From contig NZ_BAABFP010000005.1 of NCBI RefSeq assembly GCF_039541115.1, positions 434,001 to 498,000 of the forward strand: 64,000 bases of DNA, given 5' to 3'. This DNA comes from Angustibacter luteus. Lineage in GTDB: Bacteria > Actinomycetota > Actinomycetes > Actinomycetales > Angustibacteraceae. Of the stretch, positions 32,996 through 42,953 are shown piece by piece; positions within the stretch are counted from its first letter, which is position 1, and every line of letters begins with the position of its first letter. The notes under the pieces were generated by a model. That model saw only the letters and a program-made list of their open reading frames with translations, did not search any database and was not told the origin of the DNA. The translations under genes were made by a program, and so were the position numbers.

Positions 32996-35900
32996 TCAGC
33001 TGGCGGCGGACGACCGCTGCACGATCGACGACCCGGTCCGCGACCGTCGCACCTCGAGCTGGGAGGGGATGCGCGAGCGGAGCTCGCGCACGTGGCTGAC
33101 CAGCCCCACCGTGCGGCCACCGTCCCGCAGTCCGTCCAGGACGCCCATCACGTCCTCCAACGCGTCCTCGTCCAGCGTGCCGAAGCCCTCGTCCACGAAG
33201 AGCGTCTCGATCGTGGTGCCCCCGGCCTCGGCCTGGACGACGTCCGCGAGGCCGAGTGCCAGCGCGAGCGACGCCAGGAAGGTCTCGCCACCGGACAGGG
33301 TGCTGGTGTCCCGTGCCACGCCAGTCCAGGAGTCGAGGACCTGCAGTCCCAGCCCGCTGCGCGCGCCGGACTTCGCCAGCTCGTCCGTGTGCACCAGCGT
33401 GAACCGGCCGTCGGACATGGCGCTGAGCCGTTCGGTTGCCGCCGCCGCGACCTCCTCCAGCCGCGCCGCGAGCACGAACGCCGTCAGCCGCATGCGCAGC
33501 ACGTTGCCACCGCCCGTGCCGTCCAGGCACCGGGACAGCTCGGCCACGTGGGCGGCCCGGGCGCGGACGTCGTGGTGCACGCCGTCGTGGGCCAGCAGCT
33601 GGGCGGACAGCCGGCTCAACGACTGTGCGGCCTGGGCACCGACCGCCTGCCGATCGGCGACCGTCCTCAATCTCCCGGAGAGTTCTGTGAGCTCCGCCCG
33701 CAGCTGGGCCGGGTCGACCGGAGCCCCGTCGTCCCCTGCCGTGAGATCCGGGTCGGCGAGCCGCGCCCGCAGCTCGGCCAGAGTGAGCTCGTACCGCTCG
33801 ACGCCATCCCGGCACGCCTCGAGCTCGGCCGGCTCCAGGAGGCCGTCCCGGACGGCCGGCACGGTGCTGAAGCCCAGGTCGGCGAGCGCGGCCTCGAAGG
33901 CGTTGAGCAGGTCATCGCGATGACGGCGGGTAGCGGTGGCCTCGCGGTCCGCGGCCTCCCAGGTGGTGAGCACGCCGATCTCTGCCTGCAGCCGGGCCTG
34001 CCGCGAGGGCACATCCACGTCATCGCCGATCAGGGCGGCCAAGGCGGTCTGCCGTTCGGCCACCAGCGGCTCGAGCTCGCCGAGTCGACTCGCTGCCGAC
34101 GCCGACGCCTGGCGGGCGGCCTCGAGTCGCGGCGCCGCGTCGGCGCGGGACTGGGCGGCGGCGGCCAGCGACAGCTCGGCGATCCGGACCACCTCGGCCG
34201 CGGCCTCGGCGCGGGCGAGCTCGTCGACCCGGCGCTGCATGTCGGCGGTCGCGGTCGCGACGTCGCTCGTCCCACTGACCGCGCGGAGCTCGGCGCAACG
34301 AGCGACCACGCCCGTCCGCCGGGCCGCGAGCTGCTGCGACGCCGTCGCGGCGCGCTCGTGGGCCAGCTGGGCCACCCGCTCGTCGTCGGCGTCCACCTGG
34401 CTCGCCGTGCTGCTGGCCGGCGCAGGGTGCTCGGTGCCCCCGCAGACCAGGCACGGCTCGCCCGGACGCAACCCGAGCGCGAGCTCGGCTGACATACCGG
34501 CGATCCGGCGTTCTCGAACGTCCAGCCAATGCCTGCGCGCGACCAGCTCGGCGTCCTGCCCGGCGCGGCAGTCGTCGTCGACCAGCGCGAGTTCAGCCGC
34601 GGCTTGGACCAGGTCCCGTGCGGCGTCCAGGACGGCGCGCGCCTGCGTCACGGCCCGCGCGGCCGCCAGGCTGGTGCCGGCACGTTCCCGGTGCGCCGTC
34701 AGCTGGGCCTCGGCGTCCTGGTGCAGCTGCTCGGCAGCCGCCAGGTCGTGGGTTGCCTGCGCGATCGCCGGGTCTGCGTCGTCACGTTCCCGGCGACAGG
34801 CGGCGAGCCGCGCCCGCGACGCGTCGAGCTGGGACTGCAGGGCGAGGGCGGATCCCAGGCGGGCCAAGGCGTCGGTGCGGTCGGCGAGCTCCGCGCGGAC
34901 CGTGTCGGCGGTCACCGCTGCAGCCGGGAGGCCCAGCAGTGACTGGGTGCTCGCCCGCGCCTGCTCGAGCCTCAGGTCGGCGGCGCGGCTGCGCTCGCCC
35001 GCCGCGTCCCACTGCTGCAGGGGAATCCGCAGCTGGGCCGCTCGTCGTCCGGCGTCCAGGCGGGCCACGTCCGCCTGGTGAGCCGCGTCGCCGTCCTGCA
35101 GGCGGGCGAGCTCGGACTCGAGGGTCGTCCGGCGATGCCGGCGTCGCGCCTGGTCGGTCGCCGAGGCCAGCTGGGTGGCCGCCAGGTCGTGCGCGACCTG
35201 GGTCCGGTCGAGCTCCTCCCGGGCCGCCTGCAGCGCCACGGTCGCCGCCCGGGCGAGGGCCTCGACCTGCCCGGCGCCCGGGGGCTCGGCCAGCGTCAGC
35301 TCGTCCGGGGACGGCAGGCTGGTCCCGGCGACGCTCGACGCCACCTCGTGTGCGCGCGCGACGAGCCGGTCCCGCTCGCCGTCCGCCACCTCGACCAGCC
35401 GGGACAGCCGCACCCGCTCCTCGCGCAGCCAGGTCTCGGCGGCGGCATAGCGGTCGATGTCGAACAGTCGCCCCAGCACCTCGGCGCGCTGCTCGGCGCC
35501 CGAGCGCAGGAAGGCCGCGAACTCGCCCTGGGGCAGCATCACCACCTTCGTGAACTGGTCCATCCCCATGCCCAGCAGGTCCTTCAGCAGCAGCCCGGCC
35601 TCGTCGCTGCGCCGGCCGACCAGGACCTGCCACTCGCCGTGGACCAGCTCGCGGACGTCGGTCGAGGCCGGTGCCCGCGTCGTCCCGGCGCCGCGCTTCT
35701 TCGGCCGGTGCCACTCCGGCGAGCGGGTGATCTCCAGTCGGCGGCCCGCGAGCGTCACCTCCAACGTGACCCGTGGAGCGCTGCCCTCGGCGGCGTGGTC
35801 GCTGCGCAGCCGGGGGCGTCCGCTGGCCCGAGCCCCCGGGACCTGGCCGTACAGTGCGAAGCAGACGGCGTCCAGCACGCTCGACTTACCGGCGCCGGTC

Positions 35901-36001
35901 GGCCCGTGCAGCAGGAAGAGCCCGGCGAGGTCGTCGAAGTCGACCTCCTCCGTCCCGGCGAAGGGACCGAACGCCTCCACCCGCAGCCGGTGCAGCCTCA
36001 T
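32996..36001 (-). CDS. sbcC: SbcC/Rad50-like SMC ATPase
   Basis: GPTGAGKS, LPQGEF, coiled coil with CLVCG hook, LSGGE, LFVDEGFGTLD. Confidence 0.93.
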   Translation of the reverse strand: MRLHRLRVEAFGPFAGTEEVDFDDLAGLFLLHGPTGAGKSSVLDAVCFALYGQVPGARASGRPRLRSDHAAEGSAPRVTLEVTLAGRRLEITRSPEWHRPKKRGAGTTRAPASTDVRELVHGEWQVLVGRRSDEAGLLLKDLLGMGMDQFTKVVMLPQGEFAAFLRSGAEQRAEVLGRLFDIDRYAAAETWLREERVRLSRLVEVADGERDRLVARAHEVASSVAGTSLPSPDELTLAEPPGAGQVEALARAATVALQAAREELDRTQVAHDLAATQLASATDQARRRHRRTTLESELARLQDGDAAHQADVARLDAGRRAAQLRIPLQQWDAAGERSRAADLRLEQARASTQSLLGLPAAAVTADTVRAELADRTDALARLGSALALQSQLDASRARLAACRRERDDADPAIAQATHDLAAAEQLHQDAEAQLTAHRERAGTSLAAARAVTQARAVLDAARDLVQAAAELALVDDDCRAGQDAELVARRHWLDVRERRIAGMSAELALGLRPGEPCLVCGGTEHPAPASSTASQVDADDERVAQLAHERAATASQQLAARRTGVVARCAELRAVSGTSDVATATADMQRRVDELARAEAAAEVVRIAELSLAAAAQSRADAAPRLEAARQASASAASRLGELEPLVAERQTALAALIGDDVDVPSRQARLQAEIGVLTTWEAADREATATRRHRDDLLNAFEAALADLGFSTVPAVRDGLLEPAELEACRDGVERYELTLAELRARLADPDLTAGDDGAPVDPAQLRAELTELSGRLRTVADRQAVGAQAAQSLSRLSAQLLAHDGVHHDVRARAAHVAELSRCLDGTGGGNVLRMRLTAFVLAARLEEVAAAATERLSAMSDGRFTLVHTDELAKSGARSGLGLQVLDSWTGVARDTSTLSGGETFLASLALALGLADVVQAEAGGTTIETLFVDEGFGTLDEDALEDVMGVLDGLRDGGRTVGLVSHVRELRSRIPSQLEVRRSRTGSSIVQRSSAAS

Positions 36002-37176
36002 GCCGCGCCGGTCCGTCGGCCCTCGAGGTCCGCCTCGTCCTGGGCCCGGCGACCACCCTCGAGGGCGTCCGCGAGCAGGGCGCGATCGCCGTCCGCGACC
36101 GCGTCACCGCCTCGGGCGTGCTCCACGAAGCCGCAGCACACCTCGATCGGGGAGCGCCCGCGCAGGCGCTGCGCATAGGTCAACGACTCTGGTCGCTCGC
36201 CTCTGGGCTCGAACGCGACCACCAGGGTGTGCGGGAACCGGGTGCGCAACCGCTCCATGGCGGCCCTCGGCCGGACCGGGTCGGTCAGGCTCACGTGGCA
36301 CCACGAGCGTTCCGCGCCGCCGAGGCGCGGGTCGTTCAGGAGCTCGTCCAGCTCGCCGCTCAGGACGGCGAGCGGGCGAGGGACCGGGGCCGGCACCGAC
36401 TCGACCGAGCAGCGGCCGTGCTCGCCCACGTCCACCAGCCAGGAGCGCTTGTGGTGACCGGCCTCGCCGAACGAGTACGCCAGCGGCGAGCCGCTGTACC
36501 GGATCGTGTCGCTGATCCGCTGCGGACCGTGCAGGTGACCGAGGGCCACGTAGTCGACGCCGGCGAACACCGCTGCCGGCACCGACGACACGCCACCGAC
36601 GCTGATGTCACGCTCGGACTCGCTGATCTCGCCCCCGACCACGAAGGCGTGCGCGGCCAGCACCGACCGCGTGCCGGGGGCACGCTCGCCGAGATCGTCG
36701 CGCACCCGCTCCGCCGCTGCTGCGAGCACGCCCTGGTGCGTGCGCGCGGACCCGAGGCGGTCGGCCACCAGGGCCGGCTCGAGGTAGGGGACTCCGTAGA
36801 TCGCGACCTCACCGTGGTCGTCGGCGACCAGGACCGGGCGGGCGAGGTCCTCGACCCTCGTCCGCAGGTGGACACCACCGCGCTCGAGGACCCGGCCGCC
36901 GAAGCCCAGCCGGTCGGCCGAGTCGTGGTTCCCGCTGGTCAGCACGAGCTGCGCGCCGGCGTCCACGATGCGCTCGACCGCGTCGTTCAGCAGCCGGACC
37001 GTGTCGACCGAGGGCAGCGCCCTGTCGTACACGTCGCCGGCGACGACCACGACGTCGACGCGCTGCGAGCGCACGACCTCGACCAGGTGGTCGAGGAAGA
37101 CCGCCTGGTGCTCGAGCATCCCGACGCGATGGAAGCTGCGTCCCAGGTGCCAGTCGGAGGTGTGGAGCATGCGCAC
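35998..37176 (-). CDS. sbcD: SbcD nuclease subunit
   Basis: HTSDWHLG, AGDVYD, GNHDS, ALGHLH, YSGSPL.YSF. Confidence 0.95.
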   Translation of the reverse strand: MRMLHTSDWHLGRSFHRVGMLEHQAVFLDHLVEVVRSQRVDVVVVAGDVYDRALPSVDTVRLLNDAVERIVDAGAQLVLTSGNHDSADRLGFGGRVLERGGVHLRTRVEDLARPVLVADDHGEVAIYGVPYLEPALVADRLGSARTHQGVLAAAAERVRDDLGERAPGTRSVLAAHAFVVGGEISESERDISVGGVSSVPAAVFAGVDYVALGHLHGPQRISDTIRYSGSPLAYSFGEAGHHKRSWLVDVGEHGRCSVESVPAPVPRPLAVLSGELDELLNDPRLGGAERSWCHVSLTDPVRPRAAMERLRTRFPHTLVVAFEPRGERPESLTYAQRLRGRSPIEVCCGFVEHARGGDAVADGDRALLADALEGGRRAQDEADLEGRRTGAA

Positions 37177-37182
37177 ACTCGG

Positions 37183-37204
37183 ACCTTAGGTCGGGGCTAC
37201 GACA
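37183..37204 (-). promoter_or_regulatory. PafBC/RecA-NDp-type promoter of sbcDC
   Basis: TGTCGT-N10-TAAGGT, 6 nt before the GTG start. Confidence 0.7.
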
Positions 37205-37282
37205 GTTCGTCGTAGGCGCGACGGGAGGGGGGAGACCGGGCGATCTCTGGCCGGAAGAGCGCGATCATGGTTGGGTGCCCAC

Positions 37283-38773
37283 ATGGGTGACGAGGTGGCG
37301 GGCGTCGGGTATACCCGCGAGCAGCGCCAGCGCTACCGCGAGAAGGTGCGTCAGTGCCTCGACGTGTTCGAGCGCATGCTGTCCGACAGCAGCTTCGAGT
37401 TCGACCGACCACTGACCGGCCTCGAGATCGAGCTGAACCTGGTCGACGCCGAGTTCTCGCCGGCGATGGCGAACGCCGCGGTGCTCGAGTCGATCGCGAA
37501 CCCGGACTACCAGACCGAGCTGGGCCAGTTCAACATCGAGCTCAACGTCAGCCCCCGCCCGCTGCCGGGTGACTCCGCCCTGGAGCTGGAGGAGGCCCTG
37601 CGGCTCAGCCTGAACCACGCCGAGGAGCGGGCGAACGCCGCCGGCGCGCACATCGTGATGATCGGCATCCTGCCGACCTTGATGCCGGAGCACTTCCACA
37701 CCGAGTGGATGAGCACGAACACCCGCTACGCGGCACTGAACGAGTCCGTCTTCGCGGCGCGCGGCGAGGACCTGCTGATCGACATCGCCTCGCCCACCGA
37801 GCCCGACCGCGTCTCCGCGTACGCGGACACGATCGCCCCGGAGTCGGCCTGCACGTCCGTGCAGCTGCACCTGCAGGTCAGTCCACAGGACTTCGCCGCG
37901 AACTGGAACGCCGCCCAGACGCTCCTGGGGCCACAGGTCGCGATCGGGGCCAACTCGCCGTACCTGTTCGGCAAGCACCTGTGGGCCGAGACCCGGACGG
38001 AGCTCTTCCTGCAGGCGACCGACACGCGCTCGATCGAGCTGAAGAACCAGGGGGTGCGCCCGCGGGTCTTCTTCGGCGAACGCTGGATCACCTCGATCTT
38101 CGACCTGTTCGAGGAGAACGTGCGCTACTTCCCGGCGCTGCTGCCCGAGGTCAGCGACGAGGACCCGGTGGCGGTGCTGGACCGCGGCGAGGCGCCACGC
38201 CTGCAGGAGCTGCGCCTGCACAACGGCACCGTCTACCGCTGGAACCGGCCGATCTACGACATCGTCGACGGACGTCCGCACCTGCGGGTCGAGAACCGCG
38301 TCCTGCCGGCCGGTCCCACCGTGGTGGACGTGCTGGCCAACTCGGCCTTCTACTACGGCGCGATGCGGGTGCTGTCCGAGCAGGACCGTCCGGTCTGGAC
38401 CAAGCTCAGCTTCGCGACCGCCGAGGCAAACTTCACCGAGTGCGCGCGCCGCGGGATGGATGCCACGGTGTACTGGCCGGGCTTCGGGGAGATGCCGGCC
38501 GAGGAGCTCGTGCTACGCCACCTGCTGCCGCTCGCGCACGAGGGGCTGGAGCTGTGGGGGGTGTCGCAGCAGGTCCGGGACCGCTACCTGGGGGTCATCG
38601 AGGCTCGCTGCAAGAGTGGGCGCAACGGCGCCGAGTGGCAGGTCGCCACGGTGAGCGCCTTCGAGGGCCGTGGGCTGAACCGGCTCGAGGCCATCCGCGA
38701 GATGCTCAAGGTGTACACCGAGGGTATGCACAGCAACGCCCCCGTGCACACCTGGGAAGTGCCGGGGGAGTAG
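37283..38773 (+). CDS. glutamate--cysteine ligase family (GCS2)
   Basis: GLEIELNL, TELGQFNIE, ESACTSVQLHLQ, LRVENRVLPAGPT. Confidence 0.88.
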   Translation: MGDEVAGVGYTREQRQRYREKVRQCLDVFERMLSDSSFEFDRPLTGLEIELNLVDAEFSPAMANAAVLESIANPDYQTELGQFNIELNVSPRPLPGDSALELEEALRLSLNHAEERANAAGAHIVMIGILPTLMPEHFHTEWMSTNTRYAALNESVFAARGEDLLIDIASPTEPDRVSAYADTIAPESACTSVQLHLQVSPQDFAANWNAAQTLLGPQVAIGANSPYLFGKHLWAETRTELFLQATDTRSIELKNQGVRPRVFFGERWITSIFDLFEENVRYFPALLPEVSDEDPVAVLDRGEAPRLQELRLHNGTVYRWNRPIYDIVDGRPHLRVENRVLPAGPTVVDVLANSAFYYGAMRVLSEQDRPVWTKLSFATAEANFTECARRGMDATVYWPGFGEMPAEELVLRHLLPLAHEGLELWGVSQQVRDRYLGVIEARCKSGRNGAEWQVATVSAFEGRGLNRLEAIREMLKVYTEGMHSNAPVHTWEVPGE

Positions 38774-38847
38774 GGGTTCGGCCGCCGTCGACTACCTAGG
38801 CCCTTGACGCCCTTGACGGTGCCGCCTGGTTGCGGGACAGTGGTGGG

Positions 38848-39414
38848 GTGACGAGAGCCCCGCAGACCACCCATCGGACCGCGCAGGCCTACCGGCGTGC
38901 CGTCCTCGCGGCGGTCGATGCGGCCGTGAGCGAGAGACTGCGCGAGGTCGAGGTCCGCGGTGGCAGCCCGGACGACCTGGGCGAGCCGGCCGAGCTGGCC
39001 GAGCGGATGGCGGCGACCTTGCCGAGCGCCGCACACCCACTGGACGTCGAGCTCGGCCCGTTCTACGACACCACGGGTTTGTGCGCCTGGTGGGCGGTCA
39101 GCCGCCAGGCCCTGTCCGACCGGGTTCGCCGCGGCACCCTGCTCGCCTGTCGCACGGCCGACGGCCACCTGGTGTACCCGTCGTTCCAGTTCGCCAAGGA
39201 CGGCACCGTGCGGGCCGGCATCGTTGATGCCGTCTCGGTGTTCTCCCGGCACGGCGTCGACGGCTGGACGGCCGCGGTCTGGTTCACCACGCCGTCGCCC
39301 GCCTTCGACGGCGAGAGCGCGGTGGACCACCTGGTCGTGCACCGTTCGTCGGCCGCCGCGGTCGCCCGCGTCGTGGGTCAGGCCCAGGCGGACGTCGCCA
39401 CGTGGGCGGCGTGA
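38848..39414 (+). CDS. putative antitoxin (HTH plus Xre/MbcA/ParS-like C-terminus)
   Basis: VSRQALSDRVRRGTLLA, YPSFQF, W..TPSPAFDG.S; GTGA-coupled to the RES gene; TTGACG-17-GACAGT promoter. Confidence 0.7.
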   Translation: MTRAPQTTHRTAQAYRRAVLAAVDAAVSERLREVEVRGGSPDDLGEPAELAERMAATLPSAAHPLDVELGPFYDTTGLCAWWAVSRQALSDRVRRGTLLACRTADGHLVYPSFQFAKDGTVRAGIVDAVSVFSRHGVDGWTAAVWFTTPSPAFDGESAVDHLVVHRSSAAAVARVVGQAQADVATWAA

Positions 39415-40079
39415 CTCCCGGTCGTGAGCAGCCGGGTCGCGAGGAGCCTGCCCAGCAGGGGCCACCCGGGCACCTGACGGCGTTCCCGGCGCACCGGCTC
39501 AGCCCGACGTCGCCGCTCTACCGCGCCCACCAGCGCGACCGAGGTCCCTGGTGGTTCGCCAGCGGGGGCGGCCGGTTCGATCTCGTCGAGCCGCGGGGCA
39601 CCTGCTACCTGGCGACCACGGCGTCCGCGGCGCTGCGGGAACGGCTCGGGCCGGTGCTCGCCCGACGTGCGACGGTTCCGGCGTCCACGTTGGACGGGGT
39701 GGTCGTCTCGACGCTGCGGCCAGGCGCCGCGTCGTCGTCCGAGCTGCTTCGGCTGGCGAACCTGCGGTCCTCGCGCGCCGCGGAGTTCGGCGTGACCCGC
39801 GAGCTCGAGTCGATGACCCCCTACGACGTCCCCCGTCGATGGGCGAGCGCCTTCGACGCCGCGGGCTGGGGCGGCATCCGGTACGGGCCGCGGTTCAGCC
39901 CCGGCGGGGCCAGCGCCATCGCCCTGTTCGGGCCGGCCGGGGAGGACGCGAACCGTCCGGTCGATCCTGAGCCGGTGGCCGCCGACGGCCTCACCCGCGC
40001 GCCGGCCACGGTGTCGCTGCCGCAGCGGGCCGAGCTGACCGTGATCGCGCCGCCGCGTCGGGGCGGCCGCACCCGCTAG
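39411..40079 (+). CDS. RES domain protein (putative toxin)
   Basis: LYRAH, GGRFDL..PRGTCYLA, ALRE, GIRY.PRF, ALFG. Confidence 0.8.
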   Translation: MTPGREQPGREEPAQQGPPGHLTAFPAHRLSPTSPLYRAHQRDRGPWWFASGGGRFDLVEPRGTCYLATTASAALRERLGPVLARRATVPASTLDGVVVSTLRPGAASSSELLRLANLRSSRAAEFGVTRELESMTPYDVPRRWASAFDAAGWGGIRYGPRFSPGGASAIALFGPAGEDANRPVDPEPVAADGLTRAPATVSLPQRAELTVIAPPRRGGRTR

Positions 40080-40087
40080 TGCTGCGG

Positions 40088-41194
40088 TCAGTCGCTCTCG
40101 ATGAGCCGGCGGGCGACCTCGCCGTAGTCCTCGCCGTCCGCGATCTCGACGAGCTGCACGGGCTTCAGCCCGGAGCCGCTGATCGCCGCGACCAGCTCCT
40201 CGTGCTCACTGCGGGTGCTCGCGCCGTGCAGGATCACGGGGTGGCCGGTGGCGGCGTAGCCCTGGACGACGGACAGCGCGATCCGCTGGCGCAGGGCCGG
40301 GTCCGGCCGGCCGGCCGTGCCCCGGACCGCCCGGTCGAACAGGTCGGTCCGAACGACGGCCGCCCGGGTCAGCCGGGACGCCAGGCGCTGGGCGACGAGC
40401 CCGGTGCCGTTTCCGTGCAGGACGAGGATGCCCGGCCACGGGACGGCGGGCAGGTCGCCGGGCTGCTCCGGCTGCGGCTCCGACTCCGCCTCGTTGACCT
40501 CGTCGGACAGCTCGGCCTGGTCGGAGGACTCGGGTTCCTCCGCGCGCTCGGCCTCGTCTGACGTGGCGAGCTCGTCAGCGGGCTCGCCCTCGTCAGGGAC
40601 CCGCGCCTGCGGCTCGTCGTCGAGCTCCTCCAGGGCCTCGTGGGCGAGCGCGGCGAGCTGGTCCAGTCCGGACAGCTCCTCGGGCTCGACCTCCTCGGGT
40701 GCTGCCGTGGCGGCCTGCGGGTCCTCGGTCGTGCCCGCCGCGGACTCGGGGGCGTCCGCTCCCGGGACCGCGGGGGCGGGGACGATCTGCCGCATGGGCG
40801 CCACCACGGCACGGGACTGCTCACGCAGCTCGCCGTCGCGTCCGGTCCACCACCACGAGAAGACGAGCTTCTGCTCCTGCGGCGTGATCACGAGGCCGAC
40901 TCGCTGGGGGCCGACGCTGCCGAACACGCCGGCGTCGCCCTCGCGGAAGAGCATCACGTCGTCGCCGCCGTTGGAGGTGGCCGCCAGGGTCACCACCTCG
41001 CCGGTGCGGGCGAGCCGCGCCGACTCCGCGTGTTGCAGTCCGCCGCCCGGCGACCACGCTTCGTAGTCGAAGGTCAGCGACGCATCCGACTGCGCGATGA
41101 GCGCGACGCGCGCGACGAAGCGGCTGCCACCGGGGCCTTGGCCCTCACCCCAGTAGACGCCGGGGGCGGCGCTGAGGTGGTCGAGGACAGTCAC
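40088..41194 (-). CDS. hypothetical protein: beta-rich N-domain, acidic linker, degenerate P-loop kinase-like C-domain
   Basis: 368 aa; translationally coupled to the upstream phosphatase; typical GC codon usage. Confidence 0.7.
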   Translation of the reverse strand: MTVLDHLSAAPGVYWGEGQGPGGSRFVARVALIAQSDASLTFDYEAWSPGGGLQHAESARLARTGEVVTLAATSNGGDDVMLFREGDAGVFGSVGPQRVGLVITPQEQKLVFSWWWTGRDGELREQSRAVVAPMRQIVPAPAVPGADAPESAAGTTEDPQAATAAPEEVEPEELSGLDQLAALAHEALEELDDEPQARVPDEGEPADELATSDEAERAEEPESSDQAELSDEVNEAESEPQPEQPGDLPAVPWPGILVLHGNGTGLVAQRLASRLTRAAVVRTDLFDRAVRGTAGRPDPALRQRIALSVVQGYAATGHPVILHGASTRSEHEELVAAISGSGLKPVQLVEIADGEDYGEVARRLIESD

Positions 41195-41880
41195 AGGTCA
41201 TCTCCACGGCGGTCGGGCGTGGTCGGGGTGGGGTCCACCATAGGTGCTCCGACCCTTGCCGCAGAATCCACCCCGCCGCCACTAGCCAGGTCGGGTGAAC
41301 GCAGGTTCCAGGAGTGGATCGCCGGAACCTCGTGCAGGGTTCCCAGGATGGCGACGCCCGCCGGATCGAGCTCGAGGTGGGCGCCGAGGGCGGGCTCTGC
41401 GCCCAGCCAGGACGCGGCCAGCACCCGCAGTACGTGCCCGTGCGCGACCAGGACGACGTCACTGTCGGTGATCATGGGCCGGATCCGGTCCAGCACACGG
41501 TGGGTGCGGGTGGCCACCTCGGCCAGGGTCTCGCCGGGCGTGTCGCCCGGCACGACGCCGTCGGCGAAGACGTGCCAGGGCTGACCGGTGCGCTCCCGGA
41601 TCTGGTCCGTGGTCAGGCCCTCGTAGCCGCCGTAGTCCCACTCCACGAGGTCGTCGTCCAGGTGGACGTCGGTGAAGCCCGCCAGCTCCGCGGTGCGCCG
41701 CGCCCGCTGCAGCGGGCTGCTGAGGACGGGGACGTCGCCCAGGGACCCGGCCCAGTCCCGCAGGTGGCGCGCCTGGTCCTCGCCGGCCGCGGTCAACCGG
41801 ACGTCGGTTCGTCCGGTGTGCCTGCCGGCAGCCGCCCACTCCGTCTGCCCGTGCCGGACGAGTACCAGGTGGCCTGCCAT
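41191..41880 (-). CDS. histidine phosphatase (PGM-like) family
   Basis: LVRHGQTEW, SSPLQRA, EWDYGGYEG, VAHGH. Confidence 0.92.
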   Translation of the reverse strand: MAGHLVLVRHGQTEWAAAGRHTGRTDVRLTAAGEDQARHLRDWAGSLGDVPVLSSPLQRARRTAELAGFTDVHLDDDLVEWDYGGYEGLTTDQIRERTGQPWHVFADGVVPGDTPGETLAEVATRTHRVLDRIRPMITDSDVVLVAHGHVLRVLAASWLGAEPALGAHLELDPAGVAILGTLHEVPAIHSWNLRSPDLASGGGVDSAARVGAPMVDPTPTTPDRRGDDL

Positions 41881-41942
41881 CCCCGGATTGTCGCGCACCG
41901 GAGCCGCCCGTGCGCAGGGTGGTCTGTGGCAGGCTGCGGGCC

Positions 41943-42953
41943 GTGACCAGCACCTCCCCGCGACCGTCCCTGCGGCCCGTGCGGTGGACTCCGCCCAGCT
42001 GGCCGGAGCGGGCCCGGTCGCGGACGAGCTCGCCGCCGCTGGCCGGGGTTCGCGTCCTGCCGCTCCCCGGCTCCGGACCTGAGGACGTGCTCTGCACACC
42101 GGACGGCTCCGTGCTGACCGGGCTGGTCGACGGCCGGATCCTGCAGGTGAGCCCGGCCGGTGCGCTGGTCGAGGTCGCCCGCACGGGTGGGCGTCCGCTC
42201 GGACTCGAGTGGCTCCCGGACGGTCGGGTGCTGGTCTGCGACGCGGTGCGCGGCCTGCTGGCGCTGGAGCCGTCGTCCGGTCGGCTCGAGGTGCTCGCGG
42301 ACGGCGTGGACGGGGAGCGCTTCGCCTTCTGCAACAACGCCGCGGTCGCCACCGACGGCACGATCTACTTCACCGACTCCTCGCGCCGCTTCGGGGTGGG
42401 CACCTGGCGTGGCGCCGTCCTCGAGCACGCCGGTGACGGGCGGCTGCTGCGACGGACGCCGGACGGCGCGGTCGACGTCGTCCGCGACGGCCTCGAGTTC
42501 GCCAACGGCGTCGCGCTGTCGGCGGACGAGTCCTGGGTCGCGGTCGCCCAGACCGGCGGGTACACCCTGGAGCGGGTCGACGTCCGTGGCGACCGACAGG
42601 GCGAGCAGGAGCGCTTGGTCGACCTGCCGGGCTTCCCGGACAACATCGCCACCGGCAGCGACGGCCTCATCTGGGTGGCGATGGCCTCCTCGCGAAACCG
42701 GTTGCTCGACCGGCTGCACCCGCGCCACCCTCGACTCCGGCACGCGGTGTGGGCCGTGCCGCAGCGACTTCAGCCGGGACCGGACCGGATGGCCTGGGTC
42801 ATGGCCTTCGACCCGTCGGGGGCGCTGGTGCACGACCGGCAGGGTCGCGTCGACGGCTTCTTCATGACGACCGGTGTGCGAGAGCAGGACGGAGTGGTCT
42901 GGATGGGCAGCCTGGCGGCCAGCGCGCTGGCCTGGTTCGAGCTGGGGGAGTGA
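41943..42953 (+). CDS. SMP-30/strictosidine synthase-like beta-propeller
   Basis: GPEDV, GGRPLG, IYFTDSS, FANGVAL, LPGFPDNI. Confidence 0.88.
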   Translation: MTSTSPRPSLRPVRWTPPSWPERARSRTSSPPLAGVRVLPLPGSGPEDVLCTPDGSVLTGLVDGRILQVSPAGALVEVARTGGRPLGLEWLPDGRVLVCDAVRGLLALEPSSGRLEVLADGVDGERFAFCNNAAVATDGTIYFTDSSRRFGVGTWRGAVLEHAGDGRLLRRTPDGAVDVVRDGLEFANGVALSADESWVAVAQTGGYTLERVDVRGDRQGEQERLVDLPGFPDNIATGSDGLIWVAMASSRNRLLDRLHPRHPRLRHAVWAVPQRLQPGPDRMAWVMAFDPSGALVHDRQGRVDGFFMTTGVREQDGVVWMGSLAASALAWFELGE

